This document shows positions 49,749 through 57,372 of a stretch of DNA of 64,000 nucleotides, piece after piece. The stretch spans positions 32,001 to 96,000 of IMG/VR virus record IMGVR_UViG_3300044623_000784; one strand, written 5' to 3'. Below the pieces are notes generated by a model, which saw only the letters and a program-made list of their open reading frames with translations, was not told where the DNA came from and ran no database searches. Position 1 is the stretch's first letter; each line of letters begins with the position of its first letter. The position numbers and the translations under genes were made by a program. The DNA comes from a virus.

Positions 49749-49781
49749 GTGTATCGTCCTTTCAAAAACGGAATAGTCTTA

Positions 49782-49790
49782 AGTATAGCA
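49782..49790 (-). promoter_or_regulatory. Extended -10 promoter TGCTATACT of nrdJ
   Basis: Intergenic; flanked upstream by the inverted repeat AGAGTTTT..AAAACTCT (49790-49814). Confidence 0.65.
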
Positions 49791-49863
49791 GAGTTTTCTA
49801 AAAAGTAAAACTCTACCTAAATGTATTGTTTAGAGTTATGTAAAAACTAATTCAGTAATAGAA

Positions 49864-50490
49864 TTAGTGAATCCAGTGTTGCGGAACCATAATCTTTTCA
49901 CCACTCTTGACTAAGTGTGCTGTGTGGTGATAAGGTGGTGATGGAGGAAATACAATAATACTTCCTGCTTTTGGCTTAACAAAAAAATCATAAGCATTTT
50001 TATCTGCATTTGCAAAATCTGAATCTGGAGTTGGACCCTGGATAGGACCCTTTGGATCTCTAATTGTAAAAGAGATTTCTCCACCCTCATAATTATCATT
50101 AAGATACATTACAAAAGAAACCTTAAGTCTTTCGTCTCCTTCTTGCTGATCAAAGTGTGCACCCATAAATGTTCCTGCTTGATACTTCTTGATTGGGTAT
50201 TGAGGAAATAGTTTTGGCTCTTCAGTTATACCGTGGGCTGCTGCGTAGTCTCTTGCTACATCATCAAATGCTTTTTGCAAAGTATTATAGATATACTTAT
50301 TTTGTTCATCGGCATCTGGAGTGAGAGCAATAGTCTTATCTGTTCCGTAGACATAGTGCTGTCCGCTACATGCCATCCACTCTCCCCATTCATCCTTGTT
50401 GTCATTTTCAATTGCCTCAACAAGTTTCTTTGGGTCTTCAATTACATTTGTGTAGTAGTAAACCTTTTCTTCAAGTATTTCTCTGTCCAT
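49864..50490 (-). CDS. 2OG-Fe(II) oxygenase, prolyl-4-hydroxylase-like (7 of 7)
   Basis: HFD..YLNDNYEGGEI..FP..HTAHLVKSGEK. Confidence 0.88.
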   Translation of the reverse strand: MDREILEEKVYYYTNVIEDPKKLVEAIENDNKDEWGEWMACSGQHYVYGTDKTIALTPDADEQNKYIYNTLQKAFDDVARDYAAAHGITEEPKLFPQYPIKKYQAGTFMGAHFDQQEGDERLKVSFVMYLNDNYEGGEISFTIRDPKGPIQGPTPDSDFANADKNAYDFFVKPKAGSIIVFPPSPPYHHTAHLVKSGEKIMVPQHWIH

Positions 50491-50501
50491 TTTATATCTC
50501 C

Positions 50502-51164
50502 TTAAAATTTATTCTCTTCATAAAAACCTGTAATTTTTATAAAGCCTACTGTAACATAACGAATTGGTCCTTCTGTTACAAAACGAACTCCGTGTTCATA
50601 TTCTTCATTTCCTGGGAAAAGAAGTAATGTTCCTGGCTTTGGCCTTAAGTCTGAATTTTCTTTATTCTTAAAGAATAGAGTTCCATCCTTATAGTCATCG
50701 TTGATATACAGTATAGCAGCATATTTAATCGATGGGTCTGTGTGTTGGTCTGTGTGAGACTTTAACTCAACTCCAGCCTGCATTCTCTGGAGTGTTCCAA
50801 ATCCAGCAAGTTCTAGAGATGGATCTGCTAAGGTTAGAAGTTTTCCAAGTCTTAACTGAAGAGTTCTGCTAATCTCTTTATCTGTGATGTCTAGGTTTTT
50901 ATCTTCCCAACCTTGAGTTATTTCAAACTTACCTTCAGCAACTAGGTTGTCAACATCATCTCGTCCAAACTTTTCCATACAAAATCTAGCAAGATTCTTT
51001 GTATACTCGATTGACCAGTCTTCATTGGGCGTTATCTTGATTATGTCTAGCAACGTATCTAACTCATTGTCTTTTAAAAAGTCGTTAATAAATAAAACGC
51101 CATCGTGAAATACTTCGGTGTTATATCCTGCATCATCAAACTCTTTTTTTAAAAAGACTTCCAT
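50502..51164 (-). CDS. 2OG-Fe(II) oxygenase, prolyl-4-hydroxylase-like (6 of 7)
   Basis: HTD..YINDDYKDGTL..FP..HGVRFVTEGPIRY. Confidence 0.88.
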   Translation of the reverse strand: MEVFLKKEFDDAGYNTEVFHDGVLFINDFLKDNELDTLLDIIKITPNEDWSIEYTKNLARFCMEKFGRDDVDNLVAEGKFEITQGWEDKNLDITDKEISRTLQLRLGKLLTLADPSLELAGFGTLQRMQAGVELKSHTDQHTDPSIKYAAILYINDDYKDGTLFFKNKENSDLRPKPGTLLLFPGNEEYEHGVRFVTEGPIRYVTVGFIKITGFYEENKF

Positions 51165-51911
51165 TTATAGGTCCTCCACCTTATACTTATTTCCATTAGC
51201 ATCTAACTTCCAACCTTCTTTTAAAAGTTCTTGCCATTCGGCTCTTTCGATTTCTTGCTTGGCTCTAGTCTCTTTCATTTCTGCAGCCCAAGCATCTCTT
51301 AGTTCTTGCGGATAGTCTGACTCTTCTCTGTCATCCCAGAATGATCCAATAGTATATCTCACTCCGCTTGTAATAAGCGAGACTTCATGCATGTTGTTAA
51401 ATCCGCCGTCAAACACTGCAAGCATTCCAACCTTTGGCTGAATCTCAATATTCTGATCTGGAAACCTTAATAGTCCACCTTCAAAGTTATCGTTTAGATA
51501 AAGAAATCCTGCATACCTACTTCTTGTAAATGCCCCAGAGTTTCCTTTCTCGTCAGTATTATCTGAATGAATTCTTGCATATGCTCCAGGTTCCCACTTT
51601 TGTGTGTGGTAACCAATCTTAGAAATTATTTTTGGATCTAAATCATGCACTGAGGCAATTGCTTCTGGCATCTTGCTTTCAATATCTGAAAAGATTGTTG
51701 GCTCTAATCCAGCATCCAGGACTTCCTGATCATTATCTTGTGGAAGAACAGAGGAATATGACTCATAGAATGATATAGGCATCCAAGAGATTTTTCCGTT
51801 GTTTGCCTGAGCGTCTAACGCTTCTATCATTTTTTGACAAGTTTCTTCGTCAATAAAGTTTTCATAAACTACAATATCTTTTGTAATTCTTTTCTTGTTT
51901 TCTAGGTTCAT
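51165..51911 (-). CDS. 2OG-Fe(II) oxygenase, prolyl-4-hydroxylase-like (5 of 7)
   Basis: HSD..YLNDNFEGGLL..HEVSLITSGVRY. Confidence 0.88.
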   Translation of the reverse strand: MNLENKKRITKDIVVYENFIDEETCQKMIEALDAQANNGKISWMPISFYESYSSVLPQDNDQEVLDAGLEPTIFSDIESKMPEAIASVHDLDPKIISKIGYHTQKWEPGAYARIHSDNTDEKGNSGAFTRSRYAGFLYLNDNFEGGLLRFPDQNIEIQPKVGMLAVFDGGFNNMHEVSLITSGVRYTIGSFWDDREESDYPQELRDAWAAEMKETRAKQEIERAEWQELLKEGWKLDANGNKYKVEDL

Positions 51912-52768
51912 TTTATTCTCTTTTCTTTATCGGCATTCATTTTATTAGGATGGGCATCTCTAAACTTTTGCATAATATCTGGCTGCATTTCTTTCCAAAC
52001 ATCTTTTCCAAACTCAGCCTCTTTTTCAAACCACTCATCATCACCAATCTCATACTTCATCCAGTACATTCTGGAGATATACTTCTTTTCTCCTTTGGCT
52101 GGCATGACTCCATGAAGATATACTTGACCTTCTTTTGTTAGTATGTCTGGATGACCAGAAGGAAATATCAAGTAGTCTCCTGCTTCTGGCTTATACATAT
52201 AGGCTTCTCCATCAACAATAAAGTCAATCTCTCCACCAGTATAATCATCATTAAAGTATGTTAAAGCAGTAATTCCAAACTTATATCCTGGGCTGACAAT
52301 TGGCTCTCTAATAAAATCAGAGTGATAGGCCATTGCTAATGGGTCTTCTATATCTGTTTTATATCTTGCTATTGCTGGGCCATTAGTTGTCCACTGATTA
52401 AAAGATTCTCCTTCACGATTTACTAAGATTTTTTCTTTATCAAAATCAACATTATTCTTAAGTATGTAATCTTGTGTGGCTAAATGAAAGTTTTCAAAGA
52501 CTTCTAGCACTGCAACTTTTTGTGCTTCTTCTTTTTCTGTATTTGTTTTTATCTTCCTAATTTCTTCAATACTCATAGTGTGTGGATAATCTTTAAACAA
52601 TGGATTCATGTACTCTCCGAAGTGAGACCACTTTGTCCAAGGACTAAAAATAGCATCTTCGCTTTCGTCTTTTAATATCTCAAGTGTCTTAGTGATATCC
52701 TTAAAAAGATTCTTGTATACAAATATCTTTGGATAAAGTTCAATATGCTCTAGGAGTTTTTCTGTCAT
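51908..52768 (-). CDS. 2OG-Fe(II) oxygenase, prolyl-4-hydroxylase-like (4 of 7)
   Basis: HSD..YFNDDYTGGEI..FPS..HGVMPAKGEKKY; start MTEKLL at 52768 (ATGA overlap). Confidence 0.88.
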   Translation of the reverse strand: MTEKLLEHIELYPKIFVYKNLFKDITKTLEILKDESEDAIFSPWTKWSHFGEYMNPLFKDYPHTMSIEEIRKIKTNTEKEEAQKVAVLEVFENFHLATQDYILKNNVDFDKEKILVNREGESFNQWTTNGPAIARYKTDIEDPLAMAYHSDFIREPIVSPGYKFGITALTYFNDDYTGGEIDFIVDGEAYMYKPEAGDYLIFPSGHPDILTKEGQVYLHGVMPAKGEKKYISRMYWMKYEIGDDEWFEKEAEFGKDVWKEMQPDIMQKFRDAHPNKMNADKEKRIK

Positions 52769-53439
52769 GGTTTTCTGTCTCCTGTGTGCTCTGTTATCTC
52801 CCAGAAGAATGGACATGTGTATCTAATACCACTCTTAATCTCTGTTACTCCGTGGACATAATTCATATCCCCTGGGAAAAAATACGCTGCTCCCTTTTTA
52901 GGTTTAAACTGTACACCCTGTAATGGGAAGTATAACTCTCCACCTTCATAGTCCTCATTTAAATAAAATAGGCTTGAAAGATCATAGTTTGGAAAATCAT
53001 TTGGAAGTCCAGCATCTGGCCCTTCGTGCAGTTCCTTGTCTGCGTGAGGGTTCTGAAACTGGCCTGGAAGCCATCTGACGATAGTTGTCCCAGTAGGGGT
53101 AACCTTTACCTTATAGAACTCTTCAACGATTGGCTTAAGCCTTTGAAACAGGCCTGCGATTACTGGAGCGATTGTTGGATCATTTTTATCTAAAGTTGGG
53201 CTAGTGGCTACTCGATCTTTCCAGTACTCAGAGTCATATACAACTGTTCCGTTTTCGTTAACGTGGCTTTGAGTTACATCCCAGATTGTCAAAGACTTTG
53301 CAGCCTTCTCTAAAAACTCTATTTCTTCTTGAGTCATAAAATTTTCTAACTCAACAATCATCTCTTTACCATTACCAAACCAGCCAGATGGCGTTAGTGA
53401 CGGTTTTCTAATTACAACAGAAGCATCCATTTTGTCCAT
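52765..53439 (-). CDS. 2OG-Fe(II) oxygenase, prolyl-4-hydroxylase-like (3 of 7)
   Basis: HAD..YLNEDYEGGEL..FP..HGVTEIKSGIRY. Confidence 0.9.
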   Translation of the reverse strand: MDKMDASVVIRKPSLTPSGWFGNGKEMIVELENFMTQEEIEFLEKAAKSLTIWDVTQSHVNENGTVVYDSEYWKDRVATSPTLDKNDPTIAPVIAGLFQRLKPIVEEFYKVKVTPTGTTIVRWLPGQFQNPHADKELHEGPDAGLPNDFPNYDLSSLFYLNEDYEGGELYFPLQGVQFKPKKGAAYFFPGDMNYVHGVTEIKSGIRYTCPFFWEITEHTGDRKP

Positions 53440-53445
53440 AATTGA

Positions 53446-53454
53446 ATTATATCA
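53446..53454 (-). promoter_or_regulatory. Extended -10 promoter TGATATAAT, leaderless arrangement
   Basis: TGATATAAT-TCAATT-ATG (6 nt to ATG 53439); heads the run of five oxygenases. Confidence 0.7.
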
Positions 53455-53466
53455 TAGGGTTTTTCC

Positions 53467-53922
53467 CTACAATGTCCTCTCTATCTCTAGTTGTTTTAAG
53501 AATCTTTCTGTGTTGAATCTCCAATTATCTTTTGCAAAAGAAGTAACAATCTTAATACAGACATCCTCATAGTCTTTCTTGTCTAACTTATCCTTCAAAG
53601 AATGCAATGCTTCGACTGTATCAATATAGTTTTGCCTTACAAATGATGGATCTCCTGCGTGGTTTCTTTTTAAAACTTTTGTATTGATTTTCCCAGATGG
53701 CTCATACATAGAAACTGTGAGGTAGTCTTTTGCAAAACCAGCATCTTGATACATTTCATAACCCTCTAAGGCCTGCTCTAGATTATCAAAGGATATAATA
53801 GATCTTACAGGAGACTCTCCATCTCTTGAAACAGTTATCATGTAATGACCAACCTTTCCTTCTTTAGAACTTTTGATGTAGTCATTAACTATATCAGAGT
53901 GTGTTGGATTTAATTCATTCAT
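53467..53922 (-). CDS. Hypothetical protein inside the oxygenase cluster
   Basis: 151 aa, ATGA-coupled to the upstream DUF6065-like gene; no motif recognised. Confidence 0.7.
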   Translation of the reverse strand: MNELNPTHSDIVNDYIKSSKEGKVGHYMITVSRDGESPVRSIISFDNLEQALEGYEMYQDAGFAKDYLTVSMYEPSGKINTKVLKRNHAGDPSFVRQNYIDTVEALHSLKDKLDKKDYEDVCIKIVTSFAKDNWRFNTERFLKQLEIERTL

Positions 53923-54635
53923 GATCTGCCCTGAGTTGTTTGATCTTCTACAATAAGTTTTAAAGTCTTTACTTCATGAGACCCTAGAGACTCTTGCTTT
54001 TCGTTAACAGCATTTCTATACCAGTCAGTCCATTCTCCAGTAGAGTTTAGAACTTGGGCTGCTTCACCATATGAGATGTTTGCTTCTACCCTTTTTCTGT
54101 CCTCATCTTTATAGTCAACCATTTTTATAACTGTGTTATTTAGTTGTGTCAAAGATATTGGAATAATTGTTGCAACTGGAGTTCCTGCTTTAATGACTAT
54201 TCTTTTATTTGCTGTCTTTGCCTTAAGTGCTAAAGGGAAAGGGTTGTCATAGAAAGATGTGCTAATTAGTGAAGACATTGTCTCAAACTCATCACTAAAA
54301 TAGTTTACTGGATTTATAGCAAACATGCTAACGTCAGTGTCTGTTCTAAATATCAATCCAGTGTCCATACTTATTGATGATTGTCCTCTACCAGAATACG
54401 CTCTTTCTGGACTAAATATTTTAACACGATCAGGAGTTTGATCGTTTATTCCGTCCCACTCAAACTCTATGTCTTCTTTGCAGGAAAGGCTATATCCAAC
54501 TACGTTTGCTTGCGTTACTGGAAAGCATCTGTAGGCATGATTTTCTGAAGTAGCGTCCATCCAGTCTCTTTTAATAGACATAGGATTAATTTCAAATATG
54601 CAACCTGGAGCCTTTTCTACTAAGATGTTATACAT
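53919..54635 (-). CDS. DUF6065-like protein
   Basis: RDWMD..HAYRCFPVTQANVVGY..IKAGTPVATIIP..DWYR pattern. Confidence 0.7.
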   Translation of the reverse strand: MYNILVEKAPGCIFEINPMSIKRDWMDATSENHAYRCFPVTQANVVGYSLSCKEDIEFEWDGINDQTPDRVKIFSPERAYSGRGQSSISMDTGLIFRTDTDVSMFAINPVNYFSDEFETMSSLISTSFYDNPFPLALKAKTANKRIVIKAGTPVATIIPISLTQLNNTVIKMVDYKDEDRKRVEANISYGEAAQVLNSTGEWTDWYRNAVNEKQESLGSHEVKTLKLIVEDQTTQGRS

Positions 54636-55291
54636 TAGTCTGTATCCGCAACATACATTTCTGGAGTGTGGAACTTTTTATTGTAGTCAAGCATAGTAAC
54701 AATAGAGTATTTTGTTCCTGAATGTACTGGCATTGCACGATGAGGATACATGAATGTTGAAGGGAATATAAATAGATCTCCAGCCTCTGGCTTTACAGTC
54801 AAACCTTGTAATCTAAAGTTTAGTTCTCCACCATCGTAATCATCATTTACATAAGCAACAAGAGACACTGTACAGTTGTATGAGAAGCCGTGATCGTGGT
54901 GCTCTTGGAAGTGCTGGCCTGGTCCATACTTAATAAAGTTAAACGCTTCCCAGTACTTTAGTTCATGAATGTTGTGGATCTTGCAATAGTCTTCAACTGC
55001 TGGTGCCTGTGCGTCGTATACATCTTGCCACAGTTCCTGAAGTTTTAAACTTGTGGGGCTTTTATCATACTCTATATCTGTTTTCTTAAACTTAAAATCA
55101 TTACAATCTCTATAATCTGGCATTAACTGCTTGTAGCCCACATACGCAGGTAGCCAAGCATATCCTGTGGTATCTCCTACAGGCTTAAGATTAGACTCTA
55201 GTCTATTAATAACATCAATTTCTTTTTTGATTACACCCTTGTAGCAAAAGATTCCATTGCCAAGGTCTTGCTTATCTGTCCATGTTTGCAT
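54635..55291 (-). CDS. 2OG-Fe(II) oxygenase, prolyl-4-hydroxylase-like (2 of 7)
   Basis: HHD..YVNDDYDGGEL..FPS..HRAMPVHSGTKY. Confidence 0.9.
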   Translation of the reverse strand: MQTWTDKQDLGNGIFCYKGVIKKEIDVINRLESNLKPVGDTTGYAWLPAYVGYKQLMPDYRDCNDFKFKKTDIEYDKSPTSLKLQELWQDVYDAQAPAVEDYCKIHNIHELKYWEAFNFIKYGPGQHFQEHHDHGFSYNCTVSLVAYVNDDYDGGELNFRLQGLTVKPEAGDLFIFPSTFMYPHRAMPVHSGTKYSIVTMLDYNKKFHTPEMYVADTD

Positions 55292-55301
55292 TATGTATTC
55301 C

Positions 55302-56081
55302 TTATCTATATTCTCTTCTTGACCAAACTTTGTTCTTATATACCCCGCCGTCTGGCTGTCTATAAGTTTTCATATTAGTAACCATTCTATCATAAATTGT
55401 AACCTGATCCAATATTTCTATTTCATGATCCCAGTTTTCTCTTTTAAAAGGAAGAAACTGCATGTATGGCGTTCCTGCTGGTATCAAGCCTTCCCAACCT
55501 TCGGCAACGAAAAATGGAAAAGTTCCTGGTATAGAAACTTTATCACTATCAATAATTCCAGAAGTATTTAGGAATGGCAAATCAAATCTATTCATAGGAG
55601 TCATAAACAAAGCACTATAGCCTTCTGGAAGAGAGACTTCCCAGTCTGGGTACCATGCAAAATGGTGTTGGTAAAACCCCTTTGGATGTTCAAACTGTGG
55701 CATTGGCGGTCTTTTTGTAACAAAGTCTTTATATTTTGGATCACTAATTTTGACATCAATTGTGCCCTGAGCATTTTTAAAAAACTCTAAGTCACATGGA
55801 GTTTTTAAAACATATCCAGTTATAAAAGCATCAAGTATCGCTGGACAGGCTTTCCAGGTAGGAATTCTTCCATAATCATCATCGGTTCCTTCTTTAGGAA
55901 AAGGACAAGTTCCTTTGGGTGCTTTATAGTATTCTCCATTTGGCATTTTTGCAAATCTGTCAGCATCTTTATACCATTCTGGAATTTCATTTTGAGTTGA
56001 AGTTGGTACAGATTTGCTGTCTTTGTTTAGCCATGCTCTGAATGATCTAAAGGTTGCTATATTGTATTTTTCATCACTCAT
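55302..56081 (-). CDS. DUF6065-related protein
   Basis: IPEWYK..TWKACPAILDAFITGY..PEGYSALF..SGIIDSD..IPAGTPYMQFLPFKRE. Confidence 0.6.
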   Translation of the reverse strand: MSDEKYNIATFRSFRAWLNKDSKSVPTSTQNEIPEWYKDADRFAKMPNGEYYKAPKGTCPFPKEGTDDDYGRIPTWKACPAILDAFITGYVLKTPCDLEFFKNAQGTIDVKISDPKYKDFVTKRPPMPQFEHPKGFYQHHFAWYPDWEVSLPEGYSALFMTPMNRFDLPFLNTSGIIDSDKVSIPGTFPFFVAEGWEGLIPAGTPYMQFLPFKRENWDHEIEILDQVTIYDRMVTNMKTYRQPDGGVYKNKVWSRREYR

Positions 56082-56791
56082 TAGTGACTCAGTTCATTAA
56101 TATCTGTCATAATGACTACACAATATTTTGTGCCTGACTTCATTGGAAGTGACGCATGCTCATAAATATAGTTTGAAGGAAATACGGCAATATCTCCTAC
56201 TCTTGGCTTATATACCAAATTATCTAATCTTGGAAACTTTAAGTCTCCGCCTTCGTAGTCATCATTAATATAGATTACAGCAGAGACAGTGCAGTTATAT
56301 GCTGGTCCATGGTCAGCATGAATATTAAAATGAGTTCCTTCTCCTTCATACTTAACAAAGTTGAATGCTTCATAATATACAACATTGATTCCCCAATATT
56401 GTGCATAATCATCTATACACATTTTTAACTTTTGATATATTTCTTCATGAAGATCAATTAGTTCTGCATTATGCTCATCTTTTGGCCCTAGATTTTCTTG
56501 CTTATATTTAAAATCTACACAATCTCTTGCTTTTTTAATTGGTGTTGTTGAGTTTGTTACTTGGGCTTCTGACCATTTGTATTTACCTCCATGAGATAAG
56601 TTGGATTCAAGAACTCCTATGTATCTGTTTGCGTCTTCTAAAGAAAACGTGTCATGATATACATGTAAGCCCAAACCGAGGTTTTCAACACTAACGGTCT
56701 GATTCATTTGTCTTGTTGGAATTCTATTTGATGCTGTCTCTGATCTATCTTTTGTAAACCAGTGGTTTGAGTTTTCATCATATGCGCTCAT
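56081..56791 (-). CDS. 2OG-Fe(II) oxygenase, prolyl-4-hydroxylase-like (1 of 7)
   Basis: HAD..YINDDYEGGDL..FPS..HASLPMKSGTKY. Confidence 0.9.
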   Translation of the reverse strand: MSAYDENSNHWFTKDRSETASNRIPTRQMNQTVSVENLGLGLHVYHDTFSLEDANRYIGVLESNLSHGGKYKWSEAQVTNSTTPIKKARDCVDFKYKQENLGPKDEHNAELIDLHEEIYQKLKMCIDDYAQYWGINVVYYEAFNFVKYEGEGTHFNIHADHGPAYNCTVSAVIYINDDYEGGDLKFPRLDNLVYKPRVGDIAVFPSNYIYEHASLPMKSGTKYCVVIMTDINELSH

Positions 56792-56817
56792 GGAAACTAC
56801 CTTTCTTTGTTATAACC

Positions 56818-56826
56818 ATTATAACA
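56818..56826 (-). promoter_or_regulatory. Extended -10 promoter TGTTATAAT
   Basis: In an AT-rich gap, followed by a near-copy GGTTATAAC and SD GAAAGG. Confidence 0.65.
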
Positions 56827-56903
56827 TATACCTATAAAAATATGCCTAAAACATTGAGTGGTAACTCTTTTGCTTTAGACATATATTATTAAGATTTTTT
56901 ATT

Positions 56904-57335
56904 TTATTCAACTAGAGTAAGGTTTGTTCCGTCCCAATTAAAGGTTTTTCCAACCTTATCAATTGGTTCAGTTTCAGTTTTTACTAATATTGTTTCTCCA
57001 TCAAAGGCTGCGTCAATCATTTCTATGTTAGAAGAATCTTTTGCAGCCGTAATTGAAAATACAACTTTATTGTCAGATAAGAATACATATCTATTAATTC
57101 CATCTAAATATTCCTGATCTACCGCTATATTAAGGTTTTCTCCAACAAATGAATTTCCGTCCCATACTGCCCCTCTTGTTGCAGAGGTTTTGTGTAGCGA
57201 TGCATTCATACCAATAACTGGAAGACCAGCATCAAATGCTGCATCTATAACACTTGTATCTGCTAGGGAATAAGGATCTATTTGATCTATTGCGTCCCAG
57301 GTGTTGTCACCATTTTTTGTTAATATAACGTACAT
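56904..57335 (-). CDS. Small internally duplicated protein (two WDG-ended halves)
   Basis: MYVILT..IDAAFDAG..GAVWDGNSF and YVFLS..IDAAFDGE..TFNWDGTNL; SD AAGGAG. Confidence 0.75.
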   Translation of the reverse strand: MYVILTKNGDNTWDAIDQIDPYSLADTSVIDAAFDAGLPVIGMNASLHKTSATRGAVWDGNSFVGENLNIAVDQEYLDGINRYVFLSDNKVVFSITAAKDSSNIEMIDAAFDGETILVKTETEPIDKVGKTFNWDGTNLTLVE

Positions 57336-57357
57336 AAAGTGTATCTCCTTTTATTAT

Positions 57358-57366
57358 AGTATAGCA
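57358..57366 (-). promoter_or_regulatory. Extended -10 promoter TGCTATACT
   Basis: Just after the stop of the Pro/Phe-repeat gene. Confidence 0.6.
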
Positions 57367-57372
57367 TGTTCA

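Noticed and set aside
49811-49835. NrdR box upstream of nrdJ
   Set aside because: TACCTAAATGTATTGT matches the palindromic consensus only partly and occurs once.
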